Source: an uncultured Candidatus Saccharibacteria bacterium
Lineage (GTDB): Bacteria > Patescibacteriota > Minisyncoccia > Phycocordibacterales > UBA9973
Direction of reading: 5' to 3'
NCBI GenBank assembly: GCA_964446475.1
Contig: CAYUOT010000002.1
Span: 1 to 43,428, forward strand
Length of the DNA stretch: 43,428 nucleotides
Part shown: positions 8,957-17,056 of the stretch, piece by piece
Position numbering within the stretch: position 1 is the stretch's first letter
Layout: the number at the start of each line of letters is the position of its first letter
Program-made: the position numbers and the translations under genes
The notes under the pieces: generated by a model
What the model saw: the letters and a program-made list of their open reading frames with translations, nothing else
Databases searched by the model: none
Told to the model about the DNA's origin: nothing

Positions 8957-10357
8957 TTAATTAACTTTTATTTTTATACGAGAAATATTATAAGGCAAAT
9001 CTTTTGACCATGGAGGAAATATTTTAGCAGTAGCATTTCTAATGCCTGGGTCATTTTTTAAAATAGAAACAACTTCTTTTTTATTAACACCAAGCAAAGA
9101 CTTAGCTAAAATATTTATTTGAGGGTTCCATATAAACTGCAAATCTCCATTTAAAATAAAATCAATATTATCTATATCTTTTCCAATCAATTCATTTTCA
9201 TTCGAGAATTTAAAAGATAAATCTTCTAACCCCAATATATCTATTTCAGACATTTCCCCATCTGAAATATTTGGTATTGTATTTTTGATTATTGAATCTT
9301 CAAGATGTTCTTTTTTAATTAAAATTGAAGCCAGCTTCCCTGAAACAGGAACCTTTGCATTGCTATCTTTAAAATAAATATTTTTATTTTCATCTGGATA
9401 AAAAGAAACAGCTGTCCCGTAAAAAATATAACCATCAGGAACCTGAGCTTTCATTTTTCTTATAAGATTGTTTTTAAAAGTGCTTTCTTTGTAAGAATTT
9501 AAAATACCTAAATTTTCAGAATTTAAAACATAAACATTTCCAGAAATACCACCAGTAAAATCAGTCTTGGCTTGTGCATATATTTTGTCATATTTAACAG
9601 TATCCTTAAATGAATTTATTTTAAAATTTTTAGGCTCTCCGTTGTAGGAATCTCCCGCAATAAAAGAAGTCGCTGTTGTTAAAAAACTTCCTGGAATAAT
9701 TTCTCCGTTAAAATCTACAGTATAACCTGGAATAATAATATCTTCATCTAAAATATATAAAATACCTTTTTCATCTGATATCCTTGTACCTTTTATTATT
9801 TTTTCTTGTTTTTGACTATATTGATTATAAAAAATGACTTCACCTTTTGATTTAATGGAAATTTCAGAAGTTTCTGTTAAATTAATATTTTTATAGTCCT
9901 CTCCTTCTACAATCATTATCTCAAATGGTATTCCCGTACTCGAATTTTTAGATAATATAAATTTTTTACTATTTAAAGTAAAAATATCTTCCCTATTGTC
10001 TATTAAAATCTTTGTGGTTTCAAAAAAATTAAAAGTAAAATAAATAATAAAAACAATAACAACAGAAAATACAAAAAAATAATACCAACTTCTCTTGTTT
10101 TTTTGTATAGGATTATTATACTTTTCTTTATTGTAATCTTTTATTCCGTATGATTCTTCCGGTTGATCATTTTTTTTATAATGCAAAATTTTATTTAGAT
10201 TATCATTATTAATCCTATTATCTTTTATTTTTTGAGAAGGATTAAGATCATTTAAATTATTATTTAAATCTTTTTTAGCAAAATTAAAATCAGAAAGATT
10301 ATTATCTTTTATATTATTTTTATTATTATTTATTTTTATATCTGCTATTTTTTTCAT
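8957..10357 (-). CDS. bitopic membrane protein, N/K/D-rich cytoplasmic head, one TM, ~350-aa extracytoplasmic domain; function unknown
   Basis: Low-complexity N-terminus (KINNNKNNIKDNNLSDFNF...). TM segment WYYFFVFSVVIVFIIYFTFNFF. The ATG at 10357 directly abuts the TAA (10358-10360) of the upstream gene. Confidence 0.6.
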   Translation of the reverse strand: MKKIADIKINNNKNNIKDNNLSDFNFAKKDLNNNLNDLNPSQKIKDNRINNDNLNKILHYKKNDQPEESYGIKDYNKEKYNNPIQKNKRSWYYFFVFSVVIVFIIYFTFNFFETTKILIDNREDIFTLNSKKFILSKNSSTGIPFEIMIVEGEDYKNINLTETSEISIKSKGEVIFYNQYSQKQEKIIKGTRISDEKGILYILDEDIIIPGYTVDFNGEIIPGSFLTTATSFIAGDSYNGEPKNFKINSFKDTVKYDKIYAQAKTDFTGGISGNVYVLNSENLGILNSYKESTFKNNLIRKMKAQVPDGYIFYGTAVSFYPDENKNIYFKDSNAKVPVSGKLASILIKKEHLEDSIIKNTIPNISDGEMSEIDILGLEDLSFKFSNENELIGKDIDNIDFILNGDLQFIWNPQINILAKSLLGVNKKEVVSILKNDPGIRNATAKIFPPWSKDLPYNISRIKIKVN

Positions 10358-11557
10358 TTATTTATTTTCTATTTTTCTAAAAAAAGAAATAGCCCCTATC
10401 ATTAAGAAAGGATCACAAAGACCGCCAGAGACTTCACACATGCTTAAAAATTCTCCTCCGTCGATAGTAACAACTTCTGGGTTGTATTTAGTTATCATAC
10501 TAGGAGCGTATTCTTCTTTTTTGATTGTATCCCTAAACCAATCTTTTATATCAGGGTCTGCTGTTAAAAATATTGTACTAGGTAGCGCCAATGTATGAGG
10601 CAGTGTATTAACACATTGTCTAAATGCCTCACCCCAAGACTTTTCAATTGAATCAAAAAGAGGTTTTACTTTTTCTTTTCTTCTTTGTGATAATGAATTA
10701 GACAAATACATATTTAATAATTCTTTGGCATCTCTTAATTCAACATCAAGCTTTGTGCAAATATATCGATAGAAAGTTTTTTTACCAAAAGGAAAAGAAA
10801 GAGATGACATCAAAACACCTTTATAAACTATACCAACTTCAGTTATCTCTCCTCCAACATCAAGAAGAAGATATGATTCTGGGCTTATATATTTATCTCT
10901 AACTGCTAAATAAGAAGACATCATAAAAGAAGAAAAAGATATTTTTGTATGATGAAAAACTTTTGATAAAGATTTTCTAACCTCTTCTAAACAATTTTTT
11001 GAAGACAAAGACACCATTACATTCATTTCTACAGATTTAGTGCTAACATTTAATGGATTATCTATCTTGTATCCATTCAAAGAGATACTCATAATATAAT
11101 TTTCCATTAATTCTAAGGAATTATCTATATCGGGATATTGTTTTTTGTAAGATTCTTTCAAATTAGTTATTTCTTTTTTAACTAAATCATCCATCATTTT
11201 TTTTGTAAAAATAAAATGATTTTCTCTTGATGTTTTTATAACCCTATTTTCAGACAAATACCAAGGAGAAGCCATCATGCACATTATTTCATCAAAAGAA
11301 CCCATCTTGCTATTGTAAAGATTATTTGCAGTAGCACTAAGTGCTTTAATCATATTCTCTAAAAGAACTTCTATGTCATTGTTTTCATAGAAAGCAATTT
11401 CATTTCTAACAGACTTAATTATTTTAGGAACATCATTTTTTGAATCAATTTTTACAATAGCGCCACCAACACTATCTGACCCAATATCAAAAACAGCAAT
11501 AAGTTTTTCTTTATTTTTATTTCCAAATAAAAATCCCATATGCTTACAGTATAACAT
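10358..11557 (-). CDS. divergent actin-fold (ASKHA; FtsA/PilM/MreB-like) protein
   Basis: Phosphate-1-like LIAVFDIGSDSVGGAIVKI. Phosphate-2-like LLLDVGGEITEVGIVYKG. The expected adenosine motif position reads IFLTADPDIKDW rather than LTGGG. An alternative ATG exists at 11539. Confidence 0.55.
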   Translation of the reverse strand: MLYCKHMGFLFGNKNKEKLIAVFDIGSDSVGGAIVKIDSKNDVPKIIKSVRNEIAFYENNDIEVLLENMIKALSATANNLYNSKMGSFDEIMCMMASPWYLSENRVIKTSRENHFIFTKKMMDDLVKKEITNLKESYKKQYPDIDNSLELMENYIMSISLNGYKIDNPLNVSTKSVEMNVMVSLSSKNCLEEVRKSLSKVFHHTKISFSSFMMSSYLAVRDKYISPESYLLLDVGGEITEVGIVYKGVLMSSLSFPFGKKTFYRYICTKLDVELRDAKELLNMYLSNSLSQRRKEKVKPLFDSIEKSWGEAFRQCVNTLPHTLALPSTIFLTADPDIKDWFRDTIKKEEYAPSMITKYNPEVVTIDGGEFLSMCEVSGGLCDPFLMIGAISFFRKIENK

Positions 11558-11598
11558 ATATTAATAATTAGTTTCTAGTCATTAGGCTAAAATAAAAA

Positions 11599-11624
11599 AT
11601 AGCGTTGCCGCAAGACAACGCTAT
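11599..11624 (-). terminator. rho-independent terminator after lipoprotein gene
   Basis: atagcgttg / ccgcaaga / caacgctat, followed on the minus strand by a T-run. Confidence 0.7.
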
Positions 11625-11645
11625 ATTTAATATTCTAGAATTCAA

Positions 11646-12575
11646 TCAATTTATTTTATAAATTGTAATTCCATTTTCTTCTAAGATTGAAAGATCCCCA
11701 TCCTGCTCCTCTGCTAGATTAATATAATAACATCCATTAATCCCACAAACGTACATTCCGGTTGGTTTAAAAAACAATGAGAATGAGATGATTTGAGGCA
11801 TACCATCCTCTCGATAAACAGGATAATTCATATATAAATATTCTCCTGTTTCTTCACTCCAACTTCTAAAACTGATACTGTAAACATTGACTAAAGAAGC
11901 TCTTTCTATCTCCACTTTTGCAATAATATTTTCTTCTTTTAAATTTAAACGAAGATTAATCTGATAATCATCATCAAAATCAATTTGATCAGAGATAAAT
12001 GATTGTTCAATATCACCATCATTATAATTTATTTGAAGTTGCCAATATCCATCAGCAATATTGGGAAGACTAACTTTAGATGAACCCCATTTACCAAAGT
12101 AAGCAAATTGCTCTCCGTTATTAAAACGAAAAAAGAAGCTAATTTGTTCTACATTTTGTGATGTTGGAACAAAAAATTCCTTTGAGTATGGATAAGGACA
12201 TCCAACCTCATAGCTATCAGATATTTGATACTCACCAAGTACTCCATCAACTAATTCAAATTGTTGACGAATTGTGATTAATTTATTTCTACAACCATCC
12301 TGACCAATCTCATAATACACGAGATACTTAATAGCATAGTTTTCACCGATTTCATAAAGATCGGAAGAAAGCGCAAAAATTTGTACCAACACCGGCTCAT
12401 TATTATTAATAACACCAGATTTTAATGTACCATTAAGAACCGCTTGAATCTCAGATTTGTCCGGAATTGGTTGCCTTACAAGTTCAGCACGAACAGCTTC
12501 ATTGTTTACAAATAAATCCTTTTGACATCCAGTTAGAAAAATTATCACAACAAGGGAAAAAACTAAATTCTTCAT
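11646..12575 (-). CDS. putative lipoprotein, function unknown
   Basis: Lipobox in MKNLVFSLVVIIFLTGCQKD. No recognisable domain. Confidence 0.6.
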   Translation of the reverse strand: MKNLVFSLVVIIFLTGCQKDLFVNNEAVRAELVRQPIPDKSEIQAVLNGTLKSGVINNNEPVLVQIFALSSDLYEIGENYAIKYLVYYEIGQDGCRNKLITIRQQFELVDGVLGEYQISDSYEVGCPYPYSKEFFVPTSQNVEQISFFFRFNNGEQFAYFGKWGSSKVSLPNIADGYWQLQINYNDGDIEQSFISDQIDFDDDYQINLRLNLKEENIIAKVEIERASLVNVYSISFRSWSEETGEYLYMNYPVYREDGMPQIISFSLFFKPTGMYVCGINGCYYINLAEEQDGDLSILEENGITIYKIN

Positions 12576-12622
12576 ATTATTTATTTTTAATAAAACATTA
12601 TTTTATTTTTTATATTATATCA

Positions 12623-12654
12623 AAAAATAAGGCATTTGTCAATGCCTTATTTTT
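12623..12654 (-). terminator. hairpin terminator after GerMN gene
   Basis: aaaaataaggcatt / tgtc / aatgccttattttt. Confidence 0.65.
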
Positions 12655-12745
12655 GATATTTTATATTATTATATTCTTTTTTTGTTTAAAATACTACTCA
12701 TAAATATCTGTGATATTTATCCCCTATTTATATTTTTAATTATAA

Positions 12746-13387
12746 TTATGGTTGTAATATTTCATCACTATTCCAATTTCCATCTACAGCAAACTGTATA
12801 TCTTTAACACTAGGGAATTGTTTCAAGGTTTTATTTATAGAAGATAATCTAAAAAGACCACTGCAGCTTGCAAAGTTATTTTCTATTTCTTTACTAAAAT
12901 CAATAGAAAGTAAGCCATTTTTAATGTTTATAGAATTTATTTTTGTCCCTACTGGTACTGCACCATAATAACCCAATTTCTCTTCTTCTTTTGTTGGACC
13001 TTTAATTAACTCTTCTAGTGTTGCTTTAGCTATGGCTTCTGTTTTAAATATTTTTCTTTTTACTGGATAAACCAAACCACAATCTAACATTTCTGGATTA
13101 AAAATTTTATTACCAAAATATAATGTAATTTCTATTTCATTATTTAATGTAAGATTTTCTACCTGTTTATTGTTTTCTTCTTTATTTATTTCTTGAAAGC
13201 TCTCTTGTTTTTTCATATTTAATTCATCAGACAAATCATTCTTTTCTAACTTTTCCTCTGAATTAATATTTATTTCTTCATTTTTAACTTCCTTTTTTGT
13301 TCCCAAATAATAAGCACCACCAACGACAACTAAAGCTCCCAAAATAATTCCAAAAATTACAATTGTAGCAAAACCTTTGTTTTTCAT
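12746..13387 (-). CDS. membrane-anchored GerMN domain protein
   Basis: N-terminal TM ATIVIFGIILGALVVVGGAYYLG. GerMN-like ITLYFGN...LVYPVKRKI...ATLEELIKGPTKEEEKLGYYGAVPVGTKINSINIKNGLLSIDFSKE. Confidence 0.7.
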   Translation of the reverse strand: MKNKGFATIVIFGIILGALVVVGGAYYLGTKKEVKNEEININSEEKLEKNDLSDELNMKKQESFQEINKEENNKQVENLTLNNEIEITLYFGNKIFNPEMLDCGLVYPVKRKIFKTEAIAKATLEELIKGPTKEEEKLGYYGAVPVGTKINSINIKNGLLSIDFSKEIENNFASCSGLFRLSSINKTLKQFPSVKDIQFAVDGNWNSDEILQP

Positions 13388-13512
13388 AATAAATAAATTA
13401 AAATTTTAATAGTTTAATTATACCACAAATATAATACAAAAATCTTTATAGGTCTTGCCTATTCAGATTTTTATTTACTAAGTCGATGATATAGGTTTAA
13501 GATGATAAAGAG

Positions 13513-15297
13513 TTACTCCAATACTGCCTTGATTCTACGAACCCCAGCAGATGAAGCTTCTTCTTTTTGTATTTTAAAGTGACCGAGTTCTTTTGTATTT
13601 TCCACATGAGGGCCACCACAGAATTCTATACTTACATCCCCACCAGTCGGACTGGTGGGAGTACCCACTAGATCCGACTGGTGGTCTCCACCGATAAAAT
13701 AAACAGAAACAACTTCAGGGTATTTTGCTCCAAATTCCATTTCGGCTCCAAGTTTTTCTGCTTCAGCAAGTGGAAGTTCTCGACGAACAACTTTTAACCC
13801 TCTTTGTATTTTATCATTTACCCAATCTTCCACTTTATTTTTTTCTTCATCTGTAAGCTTTCTGTCAAACATAAAGTCTATTCGAAGTCTTTCCTCTGTA
13901 ATATTACTACCTCTTTGTTTAATATTTTTATCTATCACATTTTGCAGTCCCGCAAGAAGCAAATGGTGTGCCGTGTGAAGTCGAGTAGTTTTCTCACTAT
14001 GATTTGCAAGCCCACCCTTAAACATTCCTGCAGATGCAGTTCTTGAGAGCTCTTGATGTTCTTTCAGCTTTTTATTAAAATCTTCTAAATCTATTTCTCT
14101 TCCTTTTTCTTTTGCGAGCTCAAGTGTAAGCTCTATTGGAAATCCGTAAGTTGTGAAAAGTATAAATGGATCTTCTCCTTTTTCAAATTCCTTAAGACCT
14201 TTCTCTAGTGTTTGGCGAAACTTTTCTTCTTCTTTGTTTATTTCTAATTCTATATTATTAGACTGAGCTCCAATATAAGGATAAGTTATTTCATATTTAT
14301 GAACAACAGAAGTCGCAATAAAATGTAAAGAATTATTTGGCAAACCAAGTAAATCAGAATATCTAACCATTCTTCTTATTATTCTTCTTAAAACATATCC
14401 TCTATCTGTATTTGATGGAATAACGCCATCTCCAATCATAAATACTGCTGTTCTAATATGATCAGCTATTATTCTTTTATATAGGATAGAATCATTTTTT
14501 GGTCTTAAATGATTAAAAGCTCCAAAAATATATTCAAACAAATCTGTATCAAATACTGTTTTCACTCCTTGGCAGACCATTGTGATTCTTTCGAGACCCA
14601 TACCTGTATCTACGTTGTGTTGTGCAAGTTTACCGATGACTTTTCCTTCTTTCTTTTCGTATTCCATGAAAACATTATTCCAGATTTCTATTACTCGCCC
14701 TTCATCATCTGCTTTCACAAATTCATCATGAGTCATATCACCAAGTGCAATTTCATTGGTATCATAGAAAATTTCAGTATCAGGACCACAAGGGCCATTC
14801 TCACCTGCACTCCACCAATTATTCTTTGCGGGTAAGAAATAAATGCGATTCTCTGATAAATACTTTTTCCAAATTTCATATGCTTCATTATCTCGTGGAG
14901 CATTTTCATCTCCTTCAAAGACTGTCACATAAATTCTATTTACATCTAATCCAAGCCCTGTCTCTTTATTCGTAAGAAATTCGAAACTCCAAGCGATAGC
15001 ATCCTCTTTAAAATAATCTCCAAGAGACCAATTCCCCAGCATCTCAAAAAATGTAAGGTGTCTATTATCACCCACTTCATCTATGTCTCCAGTTCTAACA
15101 CACTTTTGTGCATCGCAAAGTCTAGTCCCCATAGGATGCTTTTGTCCAAGTAAATAAGGAACGAGTGGTTGCATCCCTGCGGTATTAAAAAGAACCGAAG
15201 GGTCGTTCTCGGGTACAAGTGAAGCGCTAGGTATTATTTTATGTCCTTTACTTTCAAAAAATTTTAAAAATTTATTTCTTATTTCTTCTGATCCCAT
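13513..15297 (-). CDS. alaS: alanine--tRNA ligase, compact form (no C-Ala domain)
   Basis: FLKFFESKGHKIIPSASLVPENDPSVLFNTAGMQP. Editing-domain HTAHHLL and CGGPHV. The ATG at 15297 (MGSEEIRNKF) is preferred over 15321, which would overlap the upstream gene. Stop at 13513. Confidence 0.92.
   Translation of the reverse strand: MGSEEIRNKFLKFFESKGHKIIPSASLVPENDPSVLFNTAGMQPLVPYLLGQKHPMGTRLCDAQKCVRTGDIDEVGDNRHLTFFEMLGNWSLGDYFKEDAIAWSFEFLTNKETGLGLDVNRIYVTVFEGDENAPRDNEAYEIWKKYLSENRIYFLPAKNNWWSAGENGPCGPDTEIFYDTNEIALGDMTHDEFVKADDEGRVIEIWNNVFMEYEKKEGKVIGKLAQHNVDTGMGLERITMVCQGVKTVFDTDLFEYIFGAFNHLRPKNDSILYKRIIADHIRTAVFMIGDGVIPSNTDRGYVLRRIIRRMVRYSDLLGLPNNSLHFIATSVVHKYEITYPYIGAQSNNIELEINKEEEKFRQTLEKGLKEFEKGEDPFILFTTYGFPIELTLELAKEKGREIDLEDFNKKLKEHQELSRTASAGMFKGGLANHSEKTTRLHTAHHLLLAGLQNVIDKNIKQRGSNITEERLRIDFMFDRKLTDEEKNKVEDWVNDKIQRGLKVVRRELPLAEAEKLGAEMEFGAKYPEVVSVYFIGGDHQSDLVGTPTSPTGGDVSIEFCGGPHVENTKELGHFKIQKEEASSAGVRRIKAVLE
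13636..13692 (-). repeat. GC-rich palindromic 48-nt in-frame module plus flanking GGD-codon repeat inside alaS
   Basis: Plus strand ccaccagtcggactggtgg (13640-13658) is a perfect 9+1+9 palindrome. ccgactggtgg recurs at 13674-13684. It encodes HQSDLVGTPTSPTGGD, preceded by GGD (ggtggagac vs ggtggggat on the coding strand). The segment is strongly GC-rich against AT-rich surroundings. Confidence 0.7.
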
Positions 15298-15301
15298 ATT
15301 T

Positions 15302-15790
15302 TTATAATTTATTATCTTCATTTCCTTCTTTAAACCATTTTAATGATTTTAATTTATTTTCTAAATACCATAAAACAACAAAAATAAATAAAATCAAAAA
15401 TGTAGAAAAAATAGCTATTTTAAATAAGCCAAAACCAGCAGCCATACCTATAGCAGCAGAAACCCAAAGCCCTGTCGCCGTTGTTAAACCTGTCAGTTTT
15501 GAATCTTTTGACATTATTATACCTGTACCAATAAAACCTACTCCTACAACAATTTGAGAAACCATCCTAAGTGGGTCAATAATATTACCAAAACCTAAAT
15601 ATTTTTTAACAACCTCCTCTGAAATAACAACAAACAAAGCAGCCCCCATAGAAACTAGAGCATATGTTCTCATTCCTGCCGTTTTATTCGCACGAGTTCT
15701 TTCTAATCCAATAAAAACACCTAACAACAAAGCTATTATTAATTTAAAAAATATGTCTAAATTATTAAATCCTAAAAATTCTAATATCAT
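15302..15790 (-). CDS. MgtC/SapB family membrane protein
   Basis: GLERTRANKTAGMRTYALVSMGAALF plus 4-5 hydrophobic segments. Confidence 0.8.
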   Translation of the reverse strand: MILEFLGFNNLDIFFKLIIALLLGVFIGLERTRANKTAGMRTYALVSMGAALFVVISEEVVKKYLGFGNIIDPLRMVSQIVVGVGFIGTGIIMSKDSKLTGLTTATGLWVSAAIGMAAGFGLFKIAIFSTFLILFIFVVLWYLENKLKSLKWFKEGNEDNKL

Positions 15791-15832
15791 ACTAATTATA
15801 TTATCATAATTAACTACTAATTAACACATGTC

Positions 15833-17011
15833 CTATTTAACAATACCTCCCCCCAAACAAACATCTCCGTCATAAACCACTATAGACTGTCCACTATCTA
15901 CCAAAATATTTTTATCAAATATGATTTGAGTTTTATTATCTTTTGATATATTTATATTACAATCCAAAAGTTCTCCATGATATCGAATTTGTGAAGTATA
16001 CTTTTTATTCTCTTTCGGAATTATAGTCCAGTTTGTATTGATTAATTCATAGGCAAGACCTATGTTCTTTTGTTTTTCAAAATTAGTACATAGGTCTTGC
16101 CTATAAGAATGCGTCGAAGTGGAAACTATAATTATATTTTTCTCTACATCTTTTCCTACCACATAATATGGTTTATCTTTTTCTGTTTTCTCTGTAATTA
16201 CAAACCCATGCCTTTCACCAAGAGTGAAAAATACTGCTCCATCATGAGTGCCTATTACTTTTCCATTTTCATCCAACACATCCCCTTTTTTAGATTCTAT
16301 ATAATGTTTAAGAAAATCTTTCATATCGAGTGGGCCCAAGAAACAAACTCCCTGACTATCTTTTTTTGTAGCCACAGGAATTTTATATTTCAAAGCTTTC
16401 TTCCTTACTTCAGTTTTATATAAATGCCCAATGGGGAAAAGCGTGTGACTCAAATCATCTTGTGTAAGAGTCCAAAGAAAATAAGATTGATCTTTGGAAG
16501 GGTCGGGGGATTTTAGCAAACTTTGTATTCTATCTCCTCCTTTTTGAGGAGGAGTGCCCAGAGGGCGAGGTGGTAATTCTTTTAAATCACCACCCCCTAC
16601 CCCCTCCTCCACAAGGAGGGGAGAATTCACTGCATAATGTCCTGTTGCGATAAAATCTGCCCCATGTTCTTTTGCAAATTGCCAAAAGACACCAAACTTC
16701 ACCATGCGATTACACATTACATCTGGGTTGGGAGTTCTACCACATTTATACTCTTCTATCATATAGTCAGCTACACCTTTTTTGTAAGCATCTTCACCAT
16801 CACATTCAAGAAAAGGTATATCTAAGTGAGCACATACCCTCATCGCATCTCTCCTCTCGTCTCTCCAAGTACAATCTATAAAATCTGGTGTCCAAGTACG
16901 GATAAAAACCCCAACGACATCGTAACCCTGGTCTTTCAGAAGAGCGGCTGAAACAGAGCTATCTACCCCACCCGAAACCCCTACAAATACTGTTTTTTTA
17001 TTTTTATTCAT
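15833..17011 (-). CDS. mnmA: tRNA 2-thiouridine(34) synthase MnmA
   Basis: PP-loop VFVGVSGGVDSSVSAALL, ATGHYA, KDQSYFL, QIRYHGE. Confidence 0.92.
   Translation of the reverse strand: MNKNKKTVFVGVSGGVDSSVSAALLKDQGYDVVGVFIRTWTPDFIDCTWRDERRDAMRVCAHLDIPFLECDGEDAYKKGVADYMIEEYKCGRTPNPDVMCNRMVKFGVFWQFAKEHGADFIATGHYAVNSPLLVEEGVGGGDLKELPPRPLGTPPQKGGDRIQSLLKSPDPSKDQSYFLWTLTQDDLSHTLFPIGHLYKTEVRKKALKYKIPVATKKDSQGVCFLGPLDMKDFLKHYIESKKGDVLDENGKVIGTHDGAVFFTLGERHGFVITEKTEKDKPYYVVGKDVEKNIIIVSTSTHSYRQDLCTNFEKQKNIGLAYELINTNWTIIPKENKKYTSQIRYHGELLDCNINISKDNKTQIIFDKNILVDSGQSIVVYDGDVCLGGGIVK
16049..16104. repeat. 56-nt hairpin with 16-bp perfect arms inside mnmA
   Basis: ataggcaagacctatg (16049-16064) pairs with cataggtcttgcctat (16089-16104) across a 24-nt loop. 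The arm 15-mer ataggtcttgcctat also occurs at 13448-13462. Confidence 0.85.
16532..16624 (-). repeat. GC-rich triple-hairpin ~93-nt in-frame module inside mnmA
   Basis: Three hairpins: ctcctcc/ggaggag (16534-16554), ggtggt/accacc (16569-16594), cccctcct/aggagggg (16601-16621). The module encodes SPLLVEEGVGGGDLKELPPRPLGTPPQKGGD between ATGHYAVN and RIQSLLKSPDPSKDQSYFL. Confidence 0.7.
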
Positions 17012-17056
17012 TTACAAATAGATAATATACAAAATTTATATTAAATACAAATCCAT

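Noticed and set aside
13636-13683. Intein, intron or programmed frameshift in alaS, and likewise at 16532-16624 in mnmA
   Set aside because: At 48 and ~93 nt they are far too short for inteins or group I/II introns. The frame is maintained with no stops and no splice-site or homing-endonuclease motifs are present. An in-frame repeat insertion is the simpler reading.
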